NCBI GenBank assembly: GCA_964016885.1
Contig: OZ024740.1
Location: forward strand, 104,656,001 to 104,720,000
Origin: Eledone cirrhosa
Lineage: Eukaryota
Direction of reading: 5' to 3'
Length of the DNA: 64,000 bases
The translations under genes and the position numbers were made by a program. Every line of letters begins with the position of its first letter. The first letter of the stretch is position 1. Shown piece after piece: positions 1-12,788 of this stretch. Below the pieces are notes generated by a model. It worked only from the letters and a program-made list of their open reading frames with translations. It did no database searches and was not told the origin of the DNA.

Positions 1-283
1 GTATGGATGTTAATGTATGTGTGGATGTGGATGTTTTTAGTTATATGTGTGCATGTGCATATGATTTGTATCTGTACATATGTATATGTAGTTATTAGAT
101 GTAGAATTTTGTTTTACATTTTTTGTTTTACATATTTTTACTGCTCCATTAATCGATTGTACTTGTAATTTCCTAACTAGTCGTGTTCTTTCTGTTTCTG
201 TGAAGCCTAGCTTCTCAAGATTTGTACTGAGGCAGTTACTAACATACCCCAGTGCCCCAATAATCACAGGTATAAATCTGAAG
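1..283 (-). mobile_element. R4/Dong-clade non-LTR retrotransposon, 3' fragment (end of RLE domain plus 3'UTR; subfamily b)
   Basis: ORF 37..267 IIGALGYV...LVRKLQVQSINGAVKICKT is a typical RLE-element C-terminus. The DNA matches 27270-27365. The 5' truncation point abuts (CATA)n at 284. Confidence 0.75.
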
Positions 284-475
284 GTATGTATGTATGTACG
301 TAGGTAGGTAGGTGGAGAGAGAGAGGAAGAGAGAGCGTGAAAGGTAGATAAACAAACAGATAGATAGATAGGTGGGTAGGCAGGTAGGTATCTAGGTAGG
401 TAGGCAGGCAGGCAGATAGCTAGGTAGCTAGGTAGATAGATAGCTAGATAGATAGCTAGCTAGATAGATAGATAT

Positions 476-535
<60 letters not shown>

Positions 536-660
536 ACAGACAGACAGATAGATAGGTGGGTCGCCAGTTGGCTCGGCAGGCAGACAGAGAGATAGATAGA
601 TAGAAAAAAAGAAAGAAAAATTTATTGGTATAAACATACACAGATACATATACATATGCA
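284..660. repeat. compound tetranucleotide microsatellite (TATG/TAGG/TAGA/CAGA)n
   Basis: Directly visible; it explains the YLSI-repeat ORFs. Confidence 0.95.
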
Positions 661-734
661 TATAAAATTATTATATATTTTTATTACTTATTTATTTGTC
701 ATCTTTTATTCAAGATGTAGGATGTTGCTGTTTT

Positions 735-1478
735 CTAACCAGCATTGTTACAAGTAATTTTATAACACATATTTGAGCAGTCCACAAGCCACTGTGGGGC
801 ACAGCTACGATAAAAGGATTTTATTTGAACTGGGCATCCCATCACACATAGAGACGTGATCATGATTAAAATACTCATCACACTCATTATACAAAACATT
901 ATTATACTTCTGCTCCAAAAAATGCTCCTTGTATTTGTGTGCACAAACTTATAATCTGTTGTTGTGACTTTATTTCTCTCAAGCAAACCTTCCCCAGTAA
1001 CGACTTTTACAAAAATTGGTGTTGGGTTTATTAGTTTTTTAAAAGGATTGTCAATGTAATGTTTTTTAATATCTTCGGCCTTCTTGTGGAATATCATTCG
1101 CGAGAGTTTCTCTGCCAAACGTTTCTTGCCTATCTGATGCAATCGTAGTGAGAGGTCATGAAAAGTCTTGTACTTTCCTTTATTTTGATCATAATTTAAT
1201 AACAAAATTAAACAAGGAATTGCAGGTGGATTGGTAATGTTTTTAGTTTTAGTTTGGGTTTTAGTTTTAGTTGGGATTTTAGATTTTTTAAGTTTTTTTG
1301 ACATTTTCCATGAGTTTGAATTCAGAGCTTTCACCAACTTGTTGCACTCTCTAATAGTCAGATGGTCAGCTATGAACTGAAGTTCATGAATATTCATATC
1401 AATTATGCCATTACCTTGTTCTATAATGTAGCAAAGGAGTACAAACCAAAGTTGTTTGAATATTACTTTAAAGTTCAT
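735..1478 (-). CDS. TMDD1: transmembrane and death domain protein 1-like (signal peptide, death-domain-like region, TM helix, Cys-rich tail); probably a first coding exon
   Basis: Uninterrupted non-repetitive 247-aa ORF. It has an N-terminal hydrophobic signal (LWFVLLCYII) and a TM segment IIMFCIMSVMSILIMITSLCVMG. The motifs IADHLTIRECNKLVKAL and CLILLLNYD...TFHDLSLRLHQIGKKRLAEKL match my recollection of vertebrate TMDD1 (LAELLTPEEC...; C..L..W...[21 protein letters not shown]). The stop codon overlaps a possible donor G/GTTAG at 739. The symbol means '-like' and was assigned by eye. Confidence 0.65.
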   Translation of the reverse strand: MNFKVIFKQLWFVLLCYIIEQGNGIIDMNIHELQFIADHLTIRECNKLVKALNSNSWKMSKKLKKSKIPTKTKTQTKTKNITNPPAIPCLILLLNYDQNKGKYKTFHDLSLRLHQIGKKRLAEKLSRMIFHKKAEDIKKHYIDNPFKKLINPTPIFVKVVTGEGLLERNKVTTTDYKFVHTNTRSIFWSRSIIMFCIMSVMSILIMITSLCVMGCPVQIKSFYRSCAPQWLVDCSNMCYKITCNNAG

Positions 1479-1841
1479 AACTGCTGATGTTCGCTGTTTT
1501 TTATGAATTCTTCTTCACTTTCAGTTAAATTCCTTCAAAGTTTTGTTTCATTCCTATCAAGTTCCTTAACCAGGACTTAGACTTCTCTCTGTCCTAGTTC
1601 AATTCCTTAACCAGAACTTCTATTTCATTTCCTGGTAGCTTATCTTGAATTTTTCAACTGTTTCTTTCTAGAACTTTCTGCCCTTTCATTCCAATTCTCT
1701 GACTGCTTATTGCTGGTTTCTTTCCACTCTTTCAGCTGCTTTCTCCTGAATCAAGAACAAATGCTTGCCATGAGAGACACACAATATTTTGAGATATCTT
1801 TGTATAAGAGTATTTAAAAAATCTAGAATGAATTACAGTAT

Positions 1842-2082
1842 TTAATCCTTTCACTATTTTATTTCCTATGAAATATAGTCTATTTCAATTTAATTAGTGA
1901 AAAATTTAAAGGGATTTACTAAAATTATTTATTATTTCATTACTAAGATAGTGACTTAATATGTAGTTCTTATATTAAATAATGTTGGAATATTCAAATT
2001 TAAATAGGAAATCTTTAAAATGGTTGGTTTTGTTTCAGGGAATCAGAGCCAAATTTGGGTGGGTTGTTATGAACATGGTTAA
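1842..2082. mobile_element. degenerate TTAA-flanked (piggyBac-like) MITE
   Basis: TTAATCCTTT...ATGGTTAA ends; loosely similar to 59870-60352. Confidence 0.3.
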
Positions 2083-2597
2083 GTTTTGTTTTCTCTTATA
2101 AAATACTTCATCACATTTCTGTTGATGGAGAAAACTTAGTTTTTGTTGTGCTGGAGGTAGTTTTGGTGATAGTATAGTAACTAAAATGGAGAAGGGATTG
2201 AAGGAGTTATTGGAGATGTTTTGTCTGTTGATAACAAAGGTTTTCTATCATAACTCAAAAATCAAATACTCCATGGTAGTAAGACATAAGATGCAGAAGA
2301 TCTATAGAGAGTAGGAAAATTAAAGAAAGCATGAATGATATGGTATAGACATGTGATGTGAATGGGTGATAACTGCTGGATAAAGACTGACACTAGATTA
2401 ATAGGGAAAAAGATATGGGATTGGGAAAAAGCTGAAAAATGAGATATCAAGTTGTGTTTCACAGTGAGAGGTTTCACAAGGTAGAGAGGTGTGAAGGTAT
2501 AATATTCTACTCACACACCCAACTCATATCAGCATTCAAAAGTGGGTGTTAAAACACTGATGATCTGGTAATCAGGATCAAGACAATGATTATGATA

Positions 2598-2792
2598 TAC
2601 GAATGACGACTGAAAGGTTTATAGGCTGACTATGAAGGAGTGATGCTAGAGCTGTAAAATCTTGCATGCATTAATTTCAACCTTCTTATTAATAACTGCA
2701 TTGTTTCTTGCCAGGGAGTATGTTGAAAAATAAACCTCATTTGGTCAATCCATGAGAGTATCAGTCTATGAACCTTTCAGCCAACCCTCGTA
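2598..2792. mobile_element. Tc1/mariner-type MITE (~195 bp)
   Basis: TIRs of consensus TACGAGGGTCGGCTGAAAAGTTCATAGGCTGAC with TA at both ends; five copies in the window. Confidence 0.8.
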
Positions 2793-3717
2793 TATGAACT
2801 ATGGGATATCTTAATGTGCAAGTAGCTGAGCATTCCAAAGACATCTGTACATTTAATGCAATTCGCAGGGAGATTCAATGAGACACAACATATGATAAGG
2901 ATGGCCCTTTGAATTATAGGTATAATTAACCCAAGAAGTTTTGAAAGAAATTCAATCAACCTGATTTCATTCACAAGGATTGGGTAAAGTATATATGGTA
3001 AAGTATATTTGCCCAAGATGTCATATGGTGATATGAAACCCAGCACCTTATGACTGCAAATCAAACTTCTTATCCATTGTCACACCGTTTCCACTCATAC
3101 ATGAATAGCACACACAACTTGAGTGAATGAGAGAGCTTATATCTAATATCTCAACCTGCTTGAAACACCAGCCAAATCTCCCTGAAAACAAATCCTATTC
3201 TCTTAACAAAAAAAGGAAAAAAAGGAGTCCTAGATATACTATGACTAAGAATAGGTAGGTTAGTCACAGTTGGAATATCTTTCACTATAAGTCTACTCTA
3301 TCAGAGCTAGTCTGATGAACAACAACAGCAAAGAATATTGACAACGCAGACAACAACCAAAGCCAAAACTATAACTACAACTATAAATCAGTGAACATTT
3401 ACAAGAAGACAATTTGCAAAAAAAAGAAGAAAAAAAACCCAACAACAAACATATCATCTACAATAATAATAATAACAACAACCAATACTATATCTATAAA
3501 CAATTACAAAAAAATGGCTATTGATAGACCAGCAACTAATGCTTTAGCAATTGGAAAATAGATTTAGAAGGGACATCACCAACTGAAAGAACAAAGGTAA
3601 TGTGACAAAAATAATGTCCATATAAGGCACTGAAATGATTTGGTCTGATTTTCCAATGTCTGTTGTTCTCACTGTTTAATTTCAGATTGTGACTTTGATA
3701 TATACTTTATACAGATA

Positions 3718-4087
3718 AGTCTTCAAAATATAATTTTGTAGGGTTTTGAAATGTTCATATATATATATATATATCAGATGTACATGTGTGTGTGTGTCTA
3801 TGTGTACTATGTGTACGTAAATGTTTATATAAGTATGTAGATGTATATATATGTACGTAGGGTTTTGGAAAGGTTGGAGAAAAATGTGTGTAAAAGTCTT
3901 CAAAATTTAATTTAGTAGGGTTTTGAAATGTTCATATATATATATGTCAGATGTACATGTGTGTCTTTTGCGTGTGTGTGTGTCTGTCTGTTTGTATGTA
4001 TGTAAATATTTATATAGGTATGTAGGTGTATATATATATGTGTGTGCGTAGGATTTTGGAAAGGTTGGAGAAAAATGTTTGTAAAGG
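3718..4087. repeat. tandem duplication of a ~180-bp unit
   Basis: GTCTTCAAAAT...GTAGGGTTTTGAAATGTTCATATA...GGAAAGGTTGGAGAAAAATGT occurs twice. Confidence 0.8.
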
Positions 4088-4299
4088 TATATAGTCGCCG
4101 TTTCCCACCCTCCCGGCCCACCTCCACCACCTTCGGTATGCATGCCTGAGACTATATACCAGCCACTTCCTCGAGCATATAGCACCTTAAACCCACTCAC
4201 CCCAAACCTCTTCATCACTTTCTCCTCCTCACCTCCCTCCATATGATAAATGTAGACTCACTAAGAGTATCTTAATATAGTTGAATACTGGCCCAGGAC

Positions 4300-6808
4300 C
4301 ACTCAGAGCAATCACGAGGCGGATGGAGGCTCCATAAGCCGAAGTGTAAGCAACCTGTCTAGGAGAGCAACCACTCCAAATAAATTGGTGCAGGGTGGAG
4401 AAGCCCTCTGAGTTCAGTAAGAGGACTTCCCTAGTGCTGGTGGCACGAATAAAAGCATCCAGTCCATGCTATAAAGTGGTGCTGGTGATAGGAAGGGCAT
4501 CCAACCAGTATATTATTAATATAAAAAATTATGAGCACAACATACAAATATAACAATAACTGTGTAAACAGTAATAACATTAACAATGTTAGGGCTGCGC
4601 ACAGTGGTGGGGTGGCTAGTGCGGCCATGTCTGAGAACCCCCCGACCGTCATCAAGTAACTGCCCAACAACAACAATAATAAAAATCATGATGATTTTAA
4701 ATATTTTTCATTGTAGAGAAAAAAGAAAAATCAACGAAAGATGACACATATCAGGGTTGCCACACTTAATGTTGGCACTCTGAGAAGTAGATCTGGTGAG
4801 ATAGTAGAAATGCTAGAAAGAAGACATGTGGATGTGTGTTGCGTTCAAGAGGTGAGATGGAGAGGTGCCTCAGCAAGAGTAATCACTGGCAAAAAGCATA
4901 GCTATAAGCTTTTCTGGGTAGGAAACGATGATGAGATAGGTGGGGTAGGTATTTTACTGGCCAAGAAGTGGATTAACAAGACAATAGAGGTATTTAGAGT
5001 AAGTAATTGAATCATCAAGATTAGTTGTAGGCTTCTTGAATTTTGTGATGCAAGTGAACTAACCCTTTGCAACAGTAACTTCAGGAAACCTGCCAACCAC
5101 CTAATCACCTACCAATCAGGCTAGCACGTAAGCCAGATTGACTTCTTGCTAGTTAGGCAACAAGGCAGACAGACAGATGGTTATGAATGCTAAGGCATAT
5201 CCTGGGGAAGAATGTACCCCCAATATAGGTTAGTCGTAAGTGATATCTCAATAAGCAAGAGACAGAATGAGACACAGGAAGGTATGGAAAAGGAAGGTCT
5301 GAAAGCTAAAGGACCTTTCACTTAATTATAAGTTTAGGAAATCCCTACATGATGTGTATGATGAGAAAGAAGACAAATTAGAATTGTATGATATAGAAGA
5401 TAACTGGAAGTTCTAATGCGACAACCTACTGCATGCAATTGAAGAGAATTGTGGCTGGAGCAAAGCTCCAACCAGACAGAGGGTGACTTGGTGGTGGAAC
5501 AGCATGGTAGACAGAGCCTTTAAATACAAAAGACAAGCATGGAAATATTGGAAAAATGGGGAGAGTAGAGACCGATACTCAGCTGCTAAAAGAGATGCTA
5601 GACATCAGGTATACATACCATGTAGGGAAGCTGAGAGTAGGAGGTTTGCCAATGTTCTGCGACAAGAGGATCAGAGATGTGAGGTGTTCCGCATTGCAAG
5701 GCAGTGTGTCAGTGTAAATTAGGATTTTGTTGGAGATAAATGTGTCCAAAATGATGCCAGTGCACTTAGCCTCACTGATACTCAGAAAAAGGAGGCCTGG
5801 AAATGTCATTTGGGAAAGAGAGAAAGTACCCCCCCCCCCTCCCAACAGACCCAACAGAGGGACCAGCTATTGAGGTTGACAACTATAGGGTCAAAGAAGC
5901 AATTAAGGAAATGAAAAGTTGTAAGGCCGCTGAACCGTCAGGGATAGTTACTGAGATGTTGAAGCCATCAAGAGAAGTAGGAACTAAACTGGTTACACGC
6001 ATAGTCAATCAAGTTATATATGGCAGAGTCATACCCAAAGACTGGTCCAGCAGTATTCTTGTTAATTGTTACAAAAGTAAAGGGCATGCTCTGGAGAGGA
6101 GCAATTATAGGGGCATAAAACTGATGGATCAGGTTATGAAAGTGAAAGAAAGAGTGCTAGCACAACTAATTAGAGAAAGAGTAAAATTAGATGAGATGCA
6201 GTTTGGTTTTGTGCCTGGGAAAAGTACAACAGATGCCCTCTTAATGAGACAACTACAAGAGAGGTTCTTAGAGAAGAATAAGCCACTATATTTAGCTTTT
6301 GTTGACCTAGAGAAGGCCTTTGATAGAGTACCCTGATCTGTCATCTGGTGGTCCCTAAGGAAACTAGGTAGTGCTGCATGGTAGTGAGACATGGGCAGCA
6401 ACTGTAGAGGATATGTGAAGGCTGGAGAGAAATGAAGCAAGCATGCTCCGATGGATGTGCAATGTCAATGTGCATGAACGATTAAGCATGGACGAGTTGA
6501 GAGTGAAACTGTATATTAAAGGAATAAACTGTAGTGTACAGGCGAGAAGACTGCATTGGTACGGCCATGTGATGCGCATGGAAGATGACTGCTGGGTGAA
6601 GAAGTGCCAAGAAATCCCGATGGAAGGAAGACGCAGTAGAGGAAGCAACAAAAAGCATGGGTGGAGGTGGTGAGAGCTGAACTCAGATCGCTGAAGCTCA
6701 CAGACGAGATGGACAAAGGACAATGACAAATGGAGAGATGGTGTGCTGAAGAGGACCCGTCCCACCCTTGCAAGCAAGGAAAAGCAAACATAAAATGATG
6801 ATGATGAT
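4300..6808 (+). mobile_element. degenerate, internally deleted RTE LINE (5'UTR, APE start, partial RT, C-terminus, (ATG)n tail)
   Basis: 4741 RVATLNVGTL...VDVCCVQEVRW (APE); 5803 NYRGIKL...QFGF...AFVDLEKAFDRVP (RT). A deletion at ~6368 removes YADD. 6443 RRLHWYGHVMRM; tail GATGATGAT. Confidence 0.9.
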
Positions 6809-6834
6809 ATATATATACACATATATATATACAC

Positions 6835-6907
<73 letters not shown>

Positions 6908-7202
6908 CCCTGAATTTTCATAGAGTGCTTAAAATTATGTGACTAATCCCAGTCTTTTTTTTTTTTTTAAAACCGCGATAATATTTCTATTTTGCTGAAC
7001 TCCTTACACTTGTAGAGTTTTTTTTTCGGAATGTTTTTTGACAGTTGTTTCATGTAAACAGACATTCGTCTCATTCTGACCTCACCAGCCATGTCTCTCC
7101 ATGTGCGTTTATTTTTCATAATTACGTACGAGGTGAACTAGCCTGTCTTTAAATTCCCTTTTTGGCATATTCTACAGTGGAATTTTGGGTTATCGTGTTT
7201 GA

Positions 7203-7282
7203 GCTCTGCTGATGAACGACTCCAACCATGACCATCCCCACTGAAAGTTTCGCGAAATAGTCTTTTTAAGACTATACAGAGC
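7203..7282 (+). ncRNA. type I hammerhead ribozyme motif (stem II decayed)
   Basis: Stem I GCTCTG/CAGAGC; core CTGATGA 7209-7215; GAAA 7254-7257; perfect stem III ATAGTCTT/AAGACTAT; cleavage triplet ATA ending at 7276. Confidence 0.75.
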
Positions 7283-7515
7283 ATTTGTAGTTTTTCCAAA
7301 TTGAAGGATGAGTATTTAGACTTTATTTTATTCTGAGTTAAGGTTCTATTGATTTTTTCCCTGGATTTCACAAAATTTTATGGATTAATCTATGTCTTGA
7401 TTTTTTTAAAATTGAGTTTGAATTATTTTCCCACATCTTACGTTAACTATTTTTCCATTTTGACGTTATAGTCACTTATATATTACGAAATACTGTTGGC
7501 TTCACGCTCACAATA

Positions 7516-7564
<49 letters not shown>

Positions 7565-7565
<1 letters not shown>

Positions 7566-8988
7566 GAATGGCTTGTGAAACATGTACAAGCCATGTATAG
7601 GGGAGCAGTCAGCAAAGTTAGGGTTATCAATGACTATAGCGGGGAATTTAGCATATAGGTCGGTGTCCACTAAGGCTCTATTCTTAGCCCTCTCCTGTTT
7701 ATTATTGTATTGCAAGCTATAACTTAGACCGGATGCCCACTTCTGTATGCAGATGATCTTACACTTATAGCTGAATCTATGGCGGAACTAGAGAAGAAAT
7801 TCCAAACATGGAAGCTGGGACTAGAAAGAAGGGGTCTCAAAGTCAACCTGACAAAGACTAAGGTCCTCATAAGTAGATGAGAAAACAGAACCCAGATCCT
7901 CTCAGGGAAATGGCCTTGCTCAGTATGTAGGAAAGGTGTAGGCAGGAATTCCATCCTCTTGCCCCAAATGCAAACTATGAGTACACAAGAGATGTAGTGG
8001 GATCTCAGGAAGCTTAGTTAAGAATGTAGGCTTTACATGTAGCAGCTGCACCGGGACAGTAATCAGCAAATGGTCACAGGAAACAAGCACTACCAAACTC
8101 TGGGAGGGCTCTGTAGAAACAGTAGACAGCTTCTGCTATCTAGCTGACCAAATTAGCAGTGGAGGTGGGTGTTCTGAAAGTACAGTAACCAGGGTAAGAA
8201 CAGGATGGAAGAAGTTCAGGGAACTACTGCCACTGCTAGCTGCAAAAGGCTTTTCCCTCAAAATGAAAGGCAGACTGTATGATTCGTGCATACGAATAGC
8301 AATGTTACATGGTAGTGAGACCTGGGCGCTGTGTGTAGAAGATTTGCGTGGATTAGAAAGAAACGAAGCTTGCATGTTCCAATGGATGTGTAATAGTAAT
8401 ATACGCAAACAGCAAAGCATAAACGAATTGAGAGAGAGAGAGTGAGCATAAGAGGAATCAAATGCTGTGTGCAGGAGAGGCGGTTGCATTGGTATGGACA
8501 TGTGATGTGTATGAAGGATGACAACTGCATAAAAAGGTGCAGAGCACTAGAAGTCAATGGAAGCCTTGGAATGGGGAGACCCAAGAAGACCTGTGATGAG
8601 GTGATAAAAGCTGACCTCTCAAAGGTGATGAAACATTACTGTTTCGCAGTAATACAGAAGATCTGACTTTCCATGGGTACAAGCCGAAGCTGAAGCATGT
8701 AGACAATATGCCTCCACCCCCTCCCACTGCAAAGTGGTCGTGGAGGTGTCACGACAAAAAAGCACCCAGTCTACACTGTAAAGTGGTAGTGTAGGCGCCA
8801 TGGTAAAAAAGCACCCAGCACTCACTGTAAATGAGGTTGGTGTTAGGATGGGCATCCAGCTGTAGAAATCAAGCCAGAATCAGTTCCTGTATGAGCAAGA
8901 TATAGTCACTCGGCCTGGCATTACCCACAACAGGACAACCCATCTAACCCATGCTAGCGTGGAAGAATGAACATAAAACGGTGATGAT
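7565..8988 (+). mobile_element. 5'-truncated degenerate RTE-PHD LINE with extended 3'UTR
   Basis: LLYADDL at ~7741, PHD-region DNA, LHGSETWAL, RRLHWYGHV, terminal CCATGCTAGCGTGG hairpin and GAT tail. Confidence 0.85.
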
Positions 8989-9136
8989 ATATATAGTTCA
9001 AGGAGACAACAAACAGGTAGAAAAAGTCTTATTAGTTTCAGGAGTACAAATAGAGACAGGATCACAATGGAGAAACAGAAAGAAGGTCCGGTAAAGACAC
9101 AAAAAATAAAACGAAAATGAAGAGGGAGGTGGCAAA

Positions 9137-9990
9137 TTGAACACTGAAATCACATCTCATATACAAAAGGCAGCAAAAACCTATGGTGGACTAGAAATTA
9201 AAGTCTGGTCTCAACGTCTCATTAAATTGGAAACTAAGATTGCTGTATATGTCTCATTTATACATACAATTGTCCATACAATTGTATTCATCCAGGAGAT
9301 GGACGTTTATACGCGGTATGTTAAAATGTTTGAACAGTTTAACCGAAAATGTTTCCTTCATATACTGGAAATAAGCTGGAAAACATGCGTTCTAGACATT
9401 GAAATTCTTGCAAGGGCAAAAGTATTATCTACTCAAGCTATACTTATTAAAAAATCAGTTAAGATAGATTGTCACATGATTCATATCGGTGACAGACACA
9501 ACCCCAAAATGTTTCATGGTGAACTCAAGCTGTGCAAAAGGATAAATAGTAAGCCAAGGAGGAGATATAGAGACTCTCTTAAAGTGAACTTAAAATGTCT
9601 TAACATATCCTATAAAAATCTTGAATCATGTGCAGTAGATAGAGTAGCCTGGAGAAATGCCATTTGGAATTGGAATTAAAGCATTTGAAATGGAGAGGGT
9701 AAAACATGCTGAACTGAAAAGAAAAGTGTGGAAGAATGAGACCAACAGTAATAATGATGAAGTTTATTCAGGATTAGTTTTCAAATTCCCTGTGTGCCCT
9801 AAGGTGTGCCTTTCATATGCTGGCGTGAAGTCACACCAATGAGCACATGATAGTAAAGTCCAAGTTGACTATTCAAAGTTTGTTGCAGCGAATCAGTTCC
9901 AGTACCATTTTTGTTGGACAATTTGCAAATCAGGTGGTGGACTGAAGCAAGTTGAACATACACAATAAGCAAACCAAAAGAGGAAACAAG
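9137..9990 (+). mobile_element. old 3' fragment of the zinc-finger RTE lineage
   Basis: EITSHIQKA...FHGELK...KPRRRYRDSLK...DRVAWR followed by a decayed C2H2 finger (VCPKVCLSYAGVKSH). Confidence 0.75.
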
Positions 9991-10145
9991 AACGAAATGC
10001 GACATCATTGTACTATTCTTGGATAGGTCTTTCACAGGCTTTCAGGACTCAAAAGCCATTTGAGTTCTCATGCCAGGAAGGAACATACAAAGTGTAAGAA
10101 ATGGCCAAGCTTTGTACAGAGCAGATGACCTTCATTTATATGTAT

Positions 10146-10176
<31 letters not shown>

Positions 10177-10177
<1 letters not shown>

Positions 10178-11493
10178 TGTTTATTATTGTCCTACAGGCT
10201 ATAACAGAGTGGTTTAAGACTGGCTGCCCATTGGAACTTCTATATGCAGATGATCTAACTCTCATAGTTGAATCTATGGCTGAACTAGAGAGGAAGTTCC
10301 AAACATGGAAGCATGGCCTTGAATCAAAAGGCCTTAAAGTTAACTTGTCTAAGACTAAGGTTCTAGTATGCAGAAAGGAGAATAGGGTACAGGTACCCTC
10401 TGGGAAATGGCCATGCTCAGTGTGTAAGAAAGGAGTAGGCAGAAACTCCATTCTATGTCCCAAATGCAAACTATGGGTACATAAAAGATCTAGTGGGATC
10501 AGAGTTAAGCTATCTAAGAATGTAGATTTTATATGTGACCGATGCTCAGGTGCAGTAAATAGCAAGGACCCACTGGATGATATCTCCTTCAACTGCCCAG
10601 ATGGTTCTATAGAAATAGTAGACACCTTCCGTTACCTGGGTGACAAAATCAGCAGTGGAGGAGGTTGCTCTGAAAGTACAGTAGCCAGAGTTAGAACAGG
10701 ATGGACAAAGTTCAGAGAGCTAATACTGATGTTGGCCACAAGGGGTTTTTCTCTAAAAATGAAAGGCAGATTGTATGATGCATGTATATGAACAGCGATA
10801 TTACATGGTAGTGAGACTTGGGCATTGTGTGCTGAAGACCTGCGTAGATTAGAAAGAAATGAATCTTGCATGCTCCGATGGATGTGTAATAGTAATGTGT
10901 GCGAAAGGCGAAAAATAAACGAACTAAGAGGGAGACTAAGCATAAGAGGTATCAAATATTGTGTTTCTGGAGTGCAGGGCAATGAAAATTGATGGAAGCT
11001 GCGGAGTGGGTAGACCAAGAAATACCTGGGACGAGGTGATAAAAACTGACCTTGCCCACCTACACCTCTCTAAGACAATGTCGCTGGATTGAGACCTTTG
11101 GCACCATGCAGTTGTACAGAACACCCGACTACCATTGCATATAAACCTACAGTCAGTAGGCACCTCTTAACTCAATGTACGCCCCACTGCCACACCCTAC
11201 CTCATCCTCCCTCACCCGTTCCGTCCACTGTGCCGATGACACAACAGTCCACGCTGTAAGGTGGCCATGTAGGATACATGGTGAAAAGGCTCCCAGTCCA
11301 CACTGTAAATGTGGTTGGTGTTAGGAAGGCCATCCAGCCATAGAAAAAGGGCATCCAGCTGTAAAAAAACCTGCCAGAGACGCTTCCATGTGAATGAGAC
11401 ATTGTCTCCCGACCATTCCCGCATCAAATGGAACAAAACCGTCTAACCCATGCTAGCGTGAAGACGGACGTTAAACGATGATGATGATAATGA
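10177..11493 (+). mobile_element. 5'-truncated RTE-PHD LINE
   Basis: LLYADDL, WPCSVCKKGVGRNSILCPKCKLWVH, FRYLG; extended 3'UTR and (GAT)n tail. Confidence 0.9.
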
Positions 11494-11519
11494 TATACAT
11501 ATATATAAGTTAAATGTGT

Positions 11520-11700
11520 GTTGGATTTCCGTTGGTTCTAATGATGAGTGTTGCGGTTGTTTGAACAACTGGAACAGCCTATTCCTGAAATTAGCATGCA
11601 AGTGGCAGAGCATTCTATAGACGCATACACTGCCAGGAATTGAACACAGGCCTATATAATTGTGAGCCAAATGCCCTAACCACCAAGCTATGTGCCTTCA
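11520..11700 (-). mobile_element. tRNA-derived SINE fragment
   Basis: A-box-like TAGCTTGGTGG and B-box-like GTTCAATTCC on the minus strand. Confidence 0.55.
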
Positions 11701-12179
11701 CACACACACATACACACACACACACATACACACATATATATATATATATGTACATATGTATATATATAAATATATGTATGTATGTATATATATTGTTGCT
11801 TGAATGTGGTTGTAATCACTAGAGAAAGAGCCCTCAATATGTATACATAGAAGTAAATATATGTATATATATGTATATATATATATATATATGTATGTGT
11901 GTTTGAGTGTGTGTATGATAGAAAACCTGTTTTGGAAGTTGCTTTAAATGACAGTTAAAATTAACAACAACAAATGAAAACCTAGAAATTCAAACTTTAC
12001 CAGAGAGATTAGGTACTGATGACATCACACATTCAACCAATACAATCGCTTCAGTTGCTCTTCTTCTTCTTCTTCTTCCACCTTCCCTTCCTTCTTTATA
12101 TTTTCTTTTTATTCTTTCTCCACTCTTCCCCCCATCTATTTTAATTCTTTGGTCACTTTATTTCAATATATTCAACAAT

Positions 12180-12600
12180 ATTCACACTTTAAAAATAATA
12201 TTTAAATGAAAAAAAGAAAAGAAAGGACAAGAAGAAAAAAAAAGAAAAGGATTAAGCAACAAAACAAATGAAGGGAGGTGGGAACAGATTCTATACCCCA
12301 GTCTGAGTGGTGATTTGGTCGTGCCCCGCAGACAAAATGGCGAAGAAGGCACTGCCACGGAGAATAGCCAGCGACACTCGCTGCAACACCCACCCCGCCT
12401 CGCGGAGTTCCCTCCTTGGGCGGGATGCTCTCTTTCCGATTTTGCGAAGGAAATTTGCAGTGTGGGGACCAAGGATACCAGAAGTCTCGACAATGGCCGA
12501 TACGAAAAGAAAGCGGTATGTCAAGTTCCGGTATTTGTTTATTTTCCTCGTCTATGCATTGCGGTCAGCGGTGCTTGGGTTTACGTAGAAGAAATACTTA
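12180..12600 (-). mobile_element. CRE-clade non-LTR retrotransposon, 3' end
   Basis: KYRNL...IVETSGILGPHTANFLRKIGKR...WVLQRVSLAILRG is the characteristic CRE RLE C-terminus. Confidence 0.75.
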
Positions 12601-12788
12601 GTATTATGAATCACACACTGATTGTTTATTTCTCGAAGCTTACCTACAAATTCTGCTATGGCCGATCAAGTTCAATAACTCTGACAAATGTTTTAAGAAG
12701 TTACATCCCTTGTCTCAGCTGCGTTTCAGCTCGTACATACGTACGTACGTACGTATGTATGTATGTATGCAACACTCATACATACAAA

